A DNA stretch of 47,761 nt. Source: Candidatus Sungbacteria bacterium RIFCSPLOWO2_01_FULL_54_21 (GTDB lineage: Bacteria; Patescibacteriota; Minisyncoccia; Sungbacterales; HO2-52-23). The notes beneath the pieces were generated by a model that saw only the letters and a list, made by a program, of their open reading frames with translations, did no database searches and was not told the origin of the DNA. A program made the translations under genes and the position numbers. The stretch is taken from contig MHQR01000026.1 of assembly GCA_001820725.1 (NCBI GenBank), positions 7,885 through 55,645 of the forward strand, given 5' to 3'. Of this stretch, positions 17,982 to 27,052 are shown piece by piece; the first letter of the stretch is position 1, and every line of letters starts with the position of its first letter.

Positions 17982-19391
17982 CTATCCCACGCTTCCGGTC
18001 ATCTCCAGGCGAATCATGCGATTGAGTTCCAACGCGTAGTCAAGCGGCAATTCGCGCGAAATGGGGTCGAGAAAGCCGGACAGAATCAGATCAAATGCCT
18101 GCTCTTCGGTAAGGCCGCGAGAACGAAGATAAAAAAGCTGGGCATCGGTCACGCGGTTGACCGTTGCCTCGTGCATGATCGCCACGTCGTCTTCATATAT
18201 CTCCATATACGGATAGGTGTCTGACTGGGAGCGCGGATCCAAAAGAAGCGCGTCGCACTGCACATGCGCTTTAGAGCCGTGCGCGCCTTTGGCTATTTTC
18301 AAAAGCCCGCGATAGCTGGAGCGCCCGCCGCCGAGAGAAACGGACTTGGAGATCACGCGCGAATTGGTATACGGCGCGCCGTGCACGACTTTTGCTCCCG
18401 TATCTTTCCATTGTCCTTCTGCCGCGACCGCGATATTGAGGTGCCGCGCCGATGCGCCGCGGCCATGCAGAATGGACATGGGATACAGCATGGTGCGCTT
18501 GGACCCGAGCGAGCCGCCAACCCATTCCACCTTGCCGTCTTCGGCAACCAGGGCGCGCTTGGTGTTGAGGTTGTAGACGTTTTTTGACCAGTTCTGAATC
18601 GTGGTGTAGCGCACTGACGCATTTTTTTTGACGAAAATTTCCACCACGGCCGAATGAAGAGAATCGGTCGAATACTTGGGCGCGGTGCACGACTCTATAT
18701 AATGGACGCTCGCCCCCTCTTCCGCAATAATGAGCGTGTGCTCAAACTGGCCGGACTGCTGGGCATTCATGCGGAAGTACGCTTGGAGCGGCAAGGCGAC
18801 TTTCACGCCCGCAGGCACATACACGAAACTTCCCCCTGACCACACTGCGCCGTGGAGTGCGGCAAACGCGTGATCCGCCGCAGGCACGCATCGGGTCATA
18901 AAATATTCTTGCACGAGGTCGGGATATTTTTTCAATGCCGTGTCCGTATCCGTGAAAATCACACCCAGATCTTCCCACTGTTTTTTCAGCTTGGCGTAAA
19001 ATCCTTCGGATTCGTACTGACCTACAAGGCCTGCCAGAAACTTCTGCTCTGCCTGCGGAATACCGAGCTGGTTGTATACGTTCTTGATGTCTCCGGGCAC
19101 CTCGTCCCAATTCTGATACTGGCGTTCCCCAGGGCGGATAAAAAAGGTGATATCATCAAAATTGAGTTCGGACAAATCCACGCCCCATGTCGGTATCCGC
19201 TTTTCCCGAAAAAATTTGTACGCGAGCAGGCGCTTTTGGCGCATCCAGTCCGGCTCGCTTTTTAGGTATGAGATCTCCTCAACGATTTTTTCAGAAATGC
19301 CTTTTTGGGTGCGATTGACCCACCGTTCCGGACTGGGCCGCTCCCAGATCGGATCCTGCGATATGTCGGTTGAGCCGAGAATTTTTACCAT
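17982..19391 (-). CDS. sufB: Fe-S cluster assembly protein SufB
   Basis: 469 aa. FYLRSRGLTEEQAFDLILSGFL and the conserved beta-helix core. Confidence 0.95.
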   Translation of the reverse strand: MVKILGSTDISQDPIWERPSPERWVNRTQKGISEKIVEEISYLKSEPDWMRQKRLLAYKFFREKRIPTWGVDLSELNFDDITFFIRPGERQYQNWDEVPGDIKNVYNQLGIPQAEQKFLAGLVGQYESEGFYAKLKKQWEDLGVIFTDTDTALKKYPDLVQEYFMTRCVPAADHAFAALHGAVWSGGSFVYVPAGVKVALPLQAYFRMNAQQSGQFEHTLIIAEEGASVHYIESCTAPKYSTDSLHSAVVEIFVKKNASVRYTTIQNWSKNVYNLNTKRALVAEDGKVEWVGGSLGSKRTMLYPMSILHGRGASARHLNIAVAAEGQWKDTGAKVVHGAPYTNSRVISKSVSLGGGRSSYRGLLKIAKGAHGSKAHVQCDALLLDPRSQSDTYPYMEIYEDDVAIMHEATVNRVTDAQLFYLRSRGLTEEQAFDLILSGFLDPISRELPLDYALELNRMIRLEMTGSVG

Positions 19392-19393
19392 AG

Positions 19394-20131
19394 TTATGAA
19401 AGCAGATTCTCAAATCCCTCGCGCTCGACGTGCTCGACGATCTCTTTGCCGCCGCTATGTACGATGGTGCCCGCATGCATGATGTGCACGCGGTCGGGGC
19501 GCAGATACTCTGCCATGCGGCCATAATGCGTGATGAGGAGGAGCGCGGTCGCGGGCGTGACGAAACTTTTCAGGGCGCTTGCCGCGGCGCGCAACCCGTC
19601 CACATCGAGCCCGGAATCGAATTCGTCCAGAACCGCGAGCCGCGGCTTCATGATCGAAAGTTGTAACAATTCGCTTCGCTTTTTTTCCCCGCCGGAGAAT
19701 CCTTCGTTGAGATTGCGATCAAGCAGGGCCGGCGCAAGACCCAATCCCCCGCCTGCGGCAATGAGTTCTGTACGGAAATCCGCTTCAGACGGCAGTGCCA
19801 CGCCCCGCGCAGCAAGGACTGCGCGCAAAAATCCCTGGAATCCGACACCCGGGACTTCCACCGGATATTGAAAGCCAAGATAGAGGCCTTTTTTCGCGCG
19901 CTCCTCGGGGAGTGCTACCGTGATGTCCTCTCCGTGGAACATGATCCTGCCCCCCGCATGCGTCACGCTGGGATTGCCCATGAGAGCTGTGGCAAGCGTG
20001 GTCTTGCCCGAACCGTTGGGTCCCATTAAAAAATGAACCTCGCCCGGGGCAACCGCGAGCGAGACGTCCCACAGGATCTTTTTTCCTCCGATGTGCGCGG
20101 AAAAATTTTGTATCTCAAGCACATGCGGCAT
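19394..20131 (-). CDS. sufC: Fe-S cluster assembly ATPase SufC
   Basis: Start moved to MPHVLEIQNFSA. Walker A GPNGSGKTTLA, signature FSGGEKKR, Walker B AVLDEFDSGLD. Confidence 0.95.
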   Translation of the reverse strand: MPHVLEIQNFSAHIGGKKILWDVSLAVAPGEVHFLMGPNGSGKTTLATALMGNPSVTHAGGRIMFHGEDITVALPEERAKKGLYLGFQYPVEVPGVGFQGFLRAVLAARGVALPSEADFRTELIAAGGGLGLAPALLDRNLNEGFSGGEKKRSELLQLSIMKPRLAVLDEFDSGLDVDGLRAAASALKSFVTPATALLLITHYGRMAEYLRPDRVHIMHAGTIVHSGGKEIVEHVEREGFENLLS

Positions 20132-20173
20132 AGCGCGTATTGTATGCCTGCGCCGTGCCCAGGTCAAACCGTT

Positions 20174-20278
20174 CCGCTCCCGATGTTGCGAGAGGTTCAA
20201 CCGCACGGCACCTGCGGGACACTGCCCCAAGTCCCCGATGTGCCGTGCCAAGCAACTTCACACAATATCGGTAGCGGG
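20174..20278 (+). repeat. R-type palindromic element, copy R1 (intergenic)
   Basis: 5' arm CCGCTCCCGATGTTG pairs with 3' arm CAATATCGGTAGCGG. Inner 9-bp stem GCACGGCAC/GTGCCGTGC. Arms are shared with 36963, 37510 and 44860(rev). Confidence 0.8.
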
Positions 20279-20280
20279 AC

Positions 20281-20290
20281 TGTGGATAAC
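20281..20290 (+). promoter_or_regulatory. TGTGGATAAC motif
   Basis: Perfect copy 2 nt after R1, 77 nt upstream of the 20367 ATG and 27 nt upstream of a TGATATACT extended -10-like sequence. Confidence 0.35.
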
Positions 20291-20366
20291 GAACGGGCAT
20301 AGAGGCGGGCGTGATGATATACTGCTAAGACCTACGAAAGGTCGGCATATTTCTTTGATATTCCAA

Positions 20367-20753
20367 ATGGCCATGAACTCAAAAAATTTCTTAATGCTCG
20401 GCGGTATCGTCCTCCTCGTGGTGGGTCTCGCCGGCATGGTGGGCATCATCGGCCCGACGCCAGAGCAAAGCATCTTCGGGTCCCTGTGGTGGTTTGACGA
20501 CGCGGAGAACTGGGCGCACCTCGTGCTCGGCATCGCCGGCCTCGCGGTGGCGCTCGCCGTACCAGCGCTCCAGGCGCCAGTAACGCTCTTGGTGGGCGTC
20601 TTGGCTCTGGTAGTCGGCGTGTGGGGATTCGGCATGCCGGAACTGCTCGGCGCGAATCTTGAGAATCCCTCGGACAACATCCTGCATCTGGCGGTCGGCG
20701 CATGGGCGCTGGCTTCGTGGAAGATGGGGCGAAAAAGCACGGGCGTGATGTAG
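20367..20753 (+). CDS. small multi-pass membrane protein (DUF4383-like)
   Basis: Start moved to MAMNSKNFLMLGGIVLLVVGLAG. Four hydrophobic helices. NILHLAVGAWAL near the C-terminus. Confidence 0.6.
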   Translation: MAMNSKNFLMLGGIVLLVVGLAGMVGIIGPTPEQSIFGSLWWFDDAENWAHLVLGIAGLAVALAVPALQAPVTLLVGVLALVVGVWGFGMPELLGANLENPSDNILHLAVGAWALASWKMGRKSTGVM

Positions 20754-20773
20754 TAGATGCTTCTGAAACGCGG

Positions 20774-20808
20774 ATCCGCTCCGGCATACGCCGGAGCGGA
20801 TTTATTTT
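20774..20808. terminator. bidirectional terminator between convergent genes
   Basis: ATCCGCTCCGGC-ATAC-GCCGGAGCGGAT followed by TTATTTT. Confidence 0.7.
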
Positions 20809-20822
20809 CATGTGGATTGTGC

Positions 20823-21428
20823 TCACTGTTTCTTCCGCGCCATCTTCATCTGCTCACGGACGACATAAAAAAGGGGTGGAAGCGAGGAAACGATGACGAT
20901 GCCGAGCACGACGGGAATGAGATAGCGGTCAATGCCCGGGATGATACTGCCCAGTACATACCCGAGGACGGTGAGGCCTACGGCCCACAAGAAAGCACCG
21001 ATGACATTATAGAAAAGAAACGTGCGATACGGCATGTCCCCCACACCCGCAAAGATCGGCGCGAATGTGCGCACTACCGGCAGGAAGCGCGCGAGCACGA
21101 GCGTCTTGCCGCCGTGGCGATCGTAAAACGCTTGCGTGCGCGCAACATACTCTTTGCGGAAAAAAAGCGAATCTTTTTTGGTGAAGATGCGAGGGCCAAC
21201 TTTGCGGCCGAATGCGTAGCCGAAGGAATCGCCAAGAACCGCCGCCGCAAAGCACCCACCTGCCAGCAAGACGATATTGCCGTATCCCTGGGACGCGAGA
21301 AAGCCAGCGGTAAACAATAGAGAATCGCCGGGGAGAAAGAACCCGACAAAGAGACCCGACTCCGCAAAGACAATTACGAAAAGCCCCGTATAACCGACAG
21401 CGTGGATGAGCGTCGCCGCTTCAAACAT
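20823..21428 (-). CDS. dedA: DedA-family membrane protein
   Basis: Start moved to MFEAATLIHAVGYTGLFVIVFAESGLFVGFFLPGDSLLFTAG (DedA signature). Confidence 0.85.
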   Translation of the reverse strand: MFEAATLIHAVGYTGLFVIVFAESGLFVGFFLPGDSLLFTAGFLASQGYGNIVLLAGGCFAAAVLGDSFGYAFGRKVGPRIFTKKDSLFFRKEYVARTQAFYDRHGGKTLVLARFLPVVRTFAPIFAGVGDMPYRTFLFYNVIGAFLWAVGLTVLGYVLGSIIPGIDRYLIPVVLGIVIVSSLPPLFYVVREQMKMARKKQ

Positions 21429-21504
21429 GGGTGTACATAAGCGCCATTCTTTTTTCCTTGAGCACGGATATGCTCTTAGAGTATACGCCGCACATCCGTA
21501 CATA

Positions 21505-21660
21505 TCAATTGCGGCGATTGTCTTTCACGGAGACGATCCTGCCGTCGTCAAGGATGAGCGTGCGCTCTGCCTCTGCCGCATATTGCTCCTCGTGCGTTAC
21601 CATAATGATGGTCTGCCCCTCCCGATGCAGGTCCTTGCTTGTGTAGTTCAAGCAGTTTAT
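21505..21660 (-). pseudogene. C-terminal remnant of an ABC-transporter ATPase
   Basis: LHREGQTIIMVTHEEQYAAEAERTLILDDGRIVS is the H-loop and C-terminal end of a MacB/LolD-type ATPase. Walker A/B and the signature motif are absent, and the upstream space is occupied by 21695..22249. Confidence 0.6.
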
Positions 21661-21694
21661 TGTTTTCCTTTTTTCCCGTTTTGTCAATGAGCGG

Positions 21695-22249
21695 CTACTG
21701 GAGAAGCCAAAAGAGGCAGATCGCGGCGAGAAATACAGCAAACTCGGCTACCGCATACGGATGCCATGTGGAATAAATATTGCGTATCCAATCGGGGTCG
21801 CCATAACGCGCATCAAGCGCGTCAATCTCGTCATGCTTCCATATATAGAGCCATTGGCGCGGCAGGTATTCCGCGCGCCAGCGCGGCTTGTAGATATAGA
21901 AAAAGGAATAGTGATCTTTGGTGAAAGGAAACAGCCACTGCACGCCCCAACCAATACCGACACTGTCATGTATAAAGTGCCCCAGCGACGCGAGCGCAAA
22001 GAGCAATGCCCAAGCCCCACCGAACCATGAAAATATAAACGCGCCGATCGGCACAAAAAGCAAGGGATAATGCAGACCCTCCCGATGGTGCAGGGCGTTC
22101 CTGCGCCGAATCGCCAGAAACACGAAATCAAGATCGGGAAGCAGGGCGAAACACGCGCCCACAGCCGCAAACGCGAGGGTGAGCGGCACATCCCACAGCG
22201 CACTCACCGCCATTGCCGCAAAAATACCAAGACCGATGTCGAGAAACAT
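21695..22249 (-). CDS. membrane-bound metal-dependent hydrolase-like protein (DUF457-like)
   Basis: LPDLDFVFLAI..HHREGLHYPLL..GHFIHDSVG, multi-TM. Same broad family as 7370..7876. Confidence 0.5.
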   Translation of the reverse strand: MFLDIGLGIFAAMAVSALWDVPLTLAFAAVGACFALLPDLDFVFLAIRRRNALHHREGLHYPLLFVPIGAFIFSWFGGAWALLFALASLGHFIHDSVGIGWGVQWLFPFTKDHYSFFYIYKPRWRAEYLPRQWLYIWKHDEIDALDARYGDPDWIRNIYSTWHPYAVAEFAVFLAAICLFWLLQ

Positions 22250-22252
22250 GAT

Positions 22253-22912
22253 TTATTTCTTTTTTCTTTTTCGCCATTCCTCTATCTTCCGGTGATCACC
22301 GGAGAGGAGGACTGGCGGCACGCGGTATTTCTTCTTCTTCCATACCAGCACTTCGGGACGCGTGTACACGGGCACGCCAACGCCAAGACGCCGCTCTTCC
22401 AACGATTCGTGTTTCCCGAGTACCCCGGGCACATGGCGACTGACCGCGTCAATCACGACCAGTGCGGGCAATTCCCCGCCCGTCAGCACATACGGCCCCA
22501 CAGAAATTTCTTTCATCTTGTATATTTTCTTGATGCGCTCGTCCACGCCTTCGTATCTTCCAGCGATCATGATCATACGATCACATTTCTTCGCCCACGC
22601 CGCCGCCATTTTGGCGTTGAATTGCTTTCCTCCGGCAGAGAACAGAATAATTTTCGTTTCCTTTAAACTTTTAAACTTTTTACTTTTTAACGCCGATGCG
22701 ATTATTGCGACAATCGCATCGGCCCGTATGACCATACCAGGACCTCCGCCGTACGCGCGCCCGTCCACGCGCCGATGCGCATCTTTGGTGTAATCGCGCG
22801 GATTGTGCATGAAAAAAGAAAGGAGCTGTTTCTCTTGCGCGCGCTTCAAAATTGACTCGCCGAGATAGGCGGCGCAGATTTCGGGAAATAAGGTTATCAC
22901 GTCAAAACGCAT
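22253..22912 (-). CDS. trmD: tRNA (guanine37-N1)-methyltransferase
   Basis: MRFDVITLFPE start and YEGVDERI, LTGGELPALVVIDAV motifs. Confidence 0.9.
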   Translation of the reverse strand: MRFDVITLFPEICAAYLGESILKRAQEKQLLSFFMHNPRDYTKDAHRRVDGRAYGGGPGMVIRADAIVAIIASALKSKKFKSLKETKIILFSAGGKQFNAKMAAAWAKKCDRMIMIAGRYEGVDERIKKIYKMKEISVGPYVLTGGELPALVVIDAVSRHVPGVLGKHESLEERRLGVGVPVYTRPEVLVWKKKKYRVPPVLLSGDHRKIEEWRKRKKK

Positions 22913-22984
22913 AGAGGGCGTATGCTAAATCAAAAACCGCCGCGATTGCAATCAAGGCGGTTTTTGAGAAGTTTCTATTTCAGC

Positions 22985-23332
22985 TTAGATCTTGAGATCG
23001 TCCACGACATCGTCTACATCGCGCATCCGTGGCTCTCCCCCTATTCCTATGGGGCGATCCTCGCGCGGGGCGCGGGGACCCCGACCGCCTTCCGGCTCTT
23101 CAATCTTGAGATTCACGCGGGCATTATTTTTGATACCCACAACTCTCAAGAGCGAGCGGATGGCTTTAGCCGTCTGTCCGTTACGGCCGATGATCTTTCC
23201 CATGTCATTGGGGTCGACCGTCAGCGTGAGCAGAACGCCCATTTCGTCAACCTTGCGATCGGTTTTTACCGCATCGGGGTTGTCTACAAGCGCGCGCACC
23301 ATGAAGTCGAGGAACTCCTGATCATGTGGCAT
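22985..23332 (-). CDS. KH-domain RNA-binding protein (YlqC-like)
   Basis: VDPNDMGKIIGRNGQTAKAIRSLL (GxxG KH motif). Sits between rpsP and trmD as in many bacteria. Charged C-terminal tail. Confidence 0.8.
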   Translation of the reverse strand: MPHDQEFLDFMVRALVDNPDAVKTDRKVDEMGVLLTLTVDPNDMGKIIGRNGQTAKAIRSLLRVVGIKNNARVNLKIEEPEGGRGPRAPREDRPIGIGGEPRMRDVDDVVDDLKI

Positions 23333-23498
23333 CTTTTCCATCATACGGCAAATCACTCATCGCATATCATCCCCTTCGTTTCTTCATTGTAAACGATGCG
23401 GTAATAGCAATGGCGTTTTGCGATTTCGGCTTTTCGACCTTTCTGTCTCGCGGTTTATCAATATCTGCTTCTAGAGATACTCCTTTTTCGGATAAAAG

Positions 23499-23786
23499 TC
23501 AAGTGACGGCGGACGCGGCGGGCTTTGCCTTGACCACATGCACTTTCTTGCCATGGATGACACCCTTGGCGATGAGCAAATTATGCACCGTCGCGGATGC
23601 CTTGGCGCCCTTGGACAGCCAGTACACAATGCGCTCCTGTTTGAGCGTGGTGGATTTCGTCTTGGGATGATGGGAGCCCAAAATCTCGAGCTCTCCGGAC
23701 TTTGGCTTGCTCCTCTGTTCGGCCAGAACAATCCGAAAAGCCGGATCATTGCGCCGCCCCGTCCTCTGAAACCTGATAGTCAACAT
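23499..23786 (-). CDS. rpsP: 30S ribosomal protein S16
   Basis: MLTIRFQRTGRRNDPAFRIVLAE canonical N-terminus. Confidence 0.95.
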   Translation of the reverse strand: MLTIRFQRTGRRNDPAFRIVLAEQRSKPKSGELEILGSHHPKTKSTTLKQERIVYWLSKGAKASATVHNLLIAKGVIHGKKVHVVKAKPAASAVT

Positions 23787-23828
23787 GATAAAAACATAGT
23801 ACAGCCAGGCAAAAAAGTCAACGCCCGC

Positions 23829-26063
23829 CTAGTGGTTGGTGTACTCCTCGGCTTCTTCCAATTTCAGGGACAGTAGGCGCGAGACGCCGTCATCGCCCAT
23901 GGTGACACCGTAGAGCACGCCCGCGGATTTCATGGTCTCTCGATTGTGGGTGACCACGATGAGCTGAGTTTTTTTAGCGAGTTCTTTCATGATCGCGCCG
24001 TACCGCTGGGAATTGGCTTCGTCGAGCGCCGCGTCCGTCTCGTCCAAAATGAGGAACGGCGGGGGATTCACGGCGGTGATCGCAAAAAGGAGCGCGATTG
24101 CCGACAGCGCCCTCTCGCCGCCGGAGAGCATGGCAAGCGCGTGGATTCTTTTCCGCGGCAAATCCACTTCTATCTCAATCCCCTCTTCTCTTTCCGCTTC
24201 TTCCTCCTGCCCATCTTCCTCCGCGATGCGCGGCGCAATATGCGAGAGGCGCAACGTTCCCGAGCCGCCGCCAAACACGATGCGAAAATACTCGCGAAAA
24301 GCGTCCTTGATGTTCGCAAATCCGTCTTTGAAGTCCTGGGCAATACGCGTATCCAATTCTTTGATCACGTCGCCAAGCGACACGGCGGCAGACGCTACGT
24401 CTTCGCGCTCGCGCAGAAGAAACGCATGGCGCGCTTCGGTCTCTTCGCATTCTTTTAAGACACCTGCGTCAATACCGCCCGCCTCTTCCAGCTTCACGCG
24501 GTTGCGCTCTATTTTGCGATACAGTTCCTCCTGCCCCACGCCATGCAGTTGCTCAAAGAGCGCGGTATCTTCGGGCCGATCCTCGCGTATCCCTCCGTCA
24601 ACCATATATTTCAACCTTCGTGTGCGTTCTTGTATCTTTTCTTCATCAAATTTCAGCCGCTCGAGCGCAAGTGCCGCCTCGCGCTCCTCGTCCCGCCGGT
24701 CGCGCAGATTCTTTTCCAATGCGCGCAGACATTCGTGCCCTTTGCGCATGCTTTCGGCGATGCGGCGGCGCACTTCTTCATCGGTAGAAATCGTCTGTAT
24801 CACCTGCTCCAGTTCTACACCGAGTACACGAAGTGTCTGTTCCAGTTCCTCTGCCTGCGCATGTTTTCCCTGTGCAGAGGATGCGGCAGGAACATGCGTC
24901 CGCCGCGAGCCGAGCAGGATGTCCAGCGCCTCCTCCACCTTTTCCATGAGCGGAAAAAAGCGCGAGCGAATAATCTCTATATCTTCCTGCTCGCGTACCA
25001 AAGCGCGCATCCGTGCAAGCAATCCGCGCAGTGTCTCATCGCCGCCCGATAGCGCAGGGGCTGGTGCGGGTAGTGCGCGCGGCATAACATCAGGCATCTG
25101 CCGCACGGCTTCTATCTTTCCCTCCAGCCGCCCGATCTCGCGTTCCAGTTCCTGACGGCGCTGGACTTTCGTTGCCATGCGCTGATCGCGTTCGCGCGCC
25201 GCGTCAGGCACGGCCATCGTGCTTTCCGCCTGCTTCATGTCCCTTACCATGCGCTCAATCTCTTTTCTTGCGATTGCTTGTTTTTCAACAAGAGGATCGC
25301 GGCGTCCTGCGAGCGCCGCGCTCTCGGCTGTGATCTCCCGCTCTTCGCGCGTGACGTATACGCACTCCATGTCTCCAAGCTCGCGGCGCGTGTGCTCCCG
25401 TACGTGCGCGCGCTTGGCCTGCATGCGCAGAAACTTTAGATGCGGCGTAAGCTCTCGCACTAAGGCGTCCGCCTGTTCCAGATTACGCTGGGTCGCTTCA
25501 AGTTTGCGCTCTGCCTCGTTCTTTTTCAATTGCCATACGCGCAGGCCGAGCGCTTCTTCCAGCATTTCTCGCCGCTGACGGGGCGTGGCGAGGAGCAGGC
25601 GATCCACTTCGCCCTGGCCGATGATATTGTGTTTCTGCTCGCCCAAGCCCATGCGCGCGATGAGTTCTACCACGTCCTTGAGACGCACCACGGAATCATT
25701 GATAAAATATTCGTTGGTGCCGTCACGGAAGATCTTGCGCGTCAGCGTGACCTCCGGAAAATCAATCGCTATTTTCCCGTCGGCGTTATCGAACGTGAGC
25801 GACACCGCGGCCTTGCCCATGCGCGGGACTCCACCTTCGGCAACGGAGGTAGAGGCAGAACCGTTCCAGACCAGATCTTCGCCTTTTTTGCCGCGCAGTA
25901 TTTTCATGGACTGCTCCCCCAGCACCCACCGGATCGCCTCGGTGATATTGGACTTGCCCGACCCATTGGGGCCGACAATGGCGGTCACGCGCGAAGGAAA
26001 AGACAAAACCGTCGTTTTGGCAAACGACTTAAATCCCGCGATTTCAAGCTTCGTGAGAGACAT
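23829..26063 (-). CDS. smc: short SMC-like chromosome segregation ATPase (no recognisable hinge)
   Basis: LEIAGFKSFA..GPNGSGKSN head N, coiled-coil-like Arg/Glu-rich middle, LSGGERAL and FLILDETDAALD head C. Only 744 aa. Confidence 0.8.
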   Translation of the reverse strand: MSLTKLEIAGFKSFAKTTVLSFPSRVTAIVGPNGSGKSNITEAIRWVLGEQSMKILRGKKGEDLVWNGSASTSVAEGGVPRMGKAAVSLTFDNADGKIAIDFPEVTLTRKIFRDGTNEYFINDSVVRLKDVVELIARMGLGEQKHNIIGQGEVDRLLLATPRQRREMLEEALGLRVWQLKKNEAERKLEATQRNLEQADALVRELTPHLKFLRMQAKRAHVREHTRRELGDMECVYVTREEREITAESAALAGRRDPLVEKQAIARKEIERMVRDMKQAESTMAVPDAARERDQRMATKVQRRQELEREIGRLEGKIEAVRQMPDVMPRALPAPAPALSGGDETLRGLLARMRALVREQEDIEIIRSRFFPLMEKVEEALDILLGSRRTHVPAASSAQGKHAQAEELEQTLRVLGVELEQVIQTISTDEEVRRRIAESMRKGHECLRALEKNLRDRRDEEREAALALERLKFDEEKIQERTRRLKYMVDGGIREDRPEDTALFEQLHGVGQEELYRKIERNRVKLEEAGGIDAGVLKECEETEARHAFLLREREDVASAAVSLGDVIKELDTRIAQDFKDGFANIKDAFREYFRIVFGGGSGTLRLSHIAPRIAEEDGQEEEAEREEGIEIEVDLPRKRIHALAMLSGGERALSAIALLFAITAVNPPPFLILDETDAALDEANSQRYGAIMKELAKKTQLIVVTHNRETMKSAGVLYGVTMGDDGVSRLLSLKLEEAEEYTNH

Positions 26064-26359
26064 TAGTTATGCGTTCTCGTAGAGATGCATCCTTTGCAAT
26101 ACTTCCACAGGATAAACCCGAGAATAATAAGACCGATAAGAAGACTTATGATTGTTCCGATCCGATGGATATAAAAAGAGATATGAGCGGAACGTACATT
26201 TGCCGCGTGTTGCAATTCCCAAAGCTGTATTGACTGTTGGCACATTTCACTTTGAGCGCCGTACTGTTCGCAGATCGATTGTAGTGCGTCAAGACGATAT
26301 GCGAGATCGCGTTGTATTTGATTCACAAAATTTTCAGTAGGAGGATCCGTCACCCCCAT
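26063..26359 (-). CDS. small membrane protein (98 aa)
   Basis: One TM helix (IGTIISLLIGLIILGFILW). Its stop overlaps the smc ATG (TAATG) and its start overlaps the rnc end, so it is likely co-translated. Confidence 0.5.
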   Translation of the reverse strand: MGVTDPPTENFVNQIQRDLAYRLDALQSICEQYGAQSEMCQQSIQLWELQHAANVRSAHISFYIHRIGTIISLLIGLIILGFILWKYCKGCISTRTHN

Positions 26360-27042
26360 CCTTTTGCCGCGAGTGCGGCTTTGGCCGCTTCTTCCTGCGC
26401 CGTTTGCTTGCTCGGGCCCTCGCCTTCGGCCACGAGTTCATCACCGAGGAAAACGCCGATAACAAAATGCCGGTCATGATCCGGACCCCATTCGCGTTGT
26501 ACCTCATAGGTAGGCGTTACGCCTTCCCGTTCCTGTGCTTCTTCCTGGAATAATGATTTGGGGTCTTTGTAGAGGCGGTGTTCCACGATGCCATCAAGAT
26601 GCGGCAGGAGCACGGCGAGGATAAAATCGCGCACCGGCGTATATCCTTGATCCAGATACATGGCGCCGACCAGCGCTTCAAACGCGTTGGCGAGAATAAA
26701 CTGGCGCGCTCGGCCCGTGTCTTTTGCCTCTCCTCGCGACAAGAGCATGAAGTCGTTGATGCCTATGGCGAGCCCCACATCCGCGAGCATCTTGGCGTTG
26801 ACGAGCGCCGCGCGGAAGCTGGTCAATTCTCCTTCGGGCTTGTTCGGAAAGCGCGCATACAGCGCTTCAGTGATGACCAATTCCAACACCGCGTCTCCCA
26901 GAAATTCCAGACGCTCGTTGTGACCCGTACGGAACGCTGGGTTCTCGTTGAGATACGAGCGATGAGTGAGCGCTTGCGTGAGCAGATCTTTGTTTTGAAA
27001 CGCGAACGAAAGCCGTTTTTCGAGCTGAGAAGTGTCCTGCAT
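26350..27042 (-). CDS. rnc: ribonuclease III
   Basis: Start moved to MQDTSQLEKRL. NERLEFLGDAVL signature plus a C-terminal dsRBD. Confidence 0.9.
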   Translation of the reverse strand: MQDTSQLEKRLSFAFQNKDLLTQALTHRSYLNENPAFRTGHNERLEFLGDAVLELVITEALYARFPNKPEGELTSFRAALVNAKMLADVGLAIGINDFMLLSRGEAKDTGRARQFILANAFEALVGAMYLDQGYTPVRDFILAVLLPHLDGIVEHRLYKDPKSLFQEEAQEREGVTPTYEVQREWGPDHDRHFVIGVFLGDELVAEGEGPSKQTAQEEAAKAALAAKGWG

Positions 27043-27052
27043 TGCCGCGGGT

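Noticed and set aside
558-20290. Replication origin suggested by the DnaA-box 10-mers.
   Set aside because: The boxes are single and spread over 20 kb. There is no cluster, no adjacent AT-rich unwinding element, and no dnaA or dnaN nearby.
23989-25155. Long antisense ORFs inside large genes: 23989..25155 in smc, 2750..3409 and 1441..1917 in the surface protein, 42812..43855 in the TPR membrane protein, 11061..11822 in clpB, and 28473..29309 / 29547..30281 in dnaE.
   Set aside because: They are Ser/Arg/Ala-rich shadow ORFs opposite well-supported genes in GC-rich DNA. None shows a motif or an RBS.
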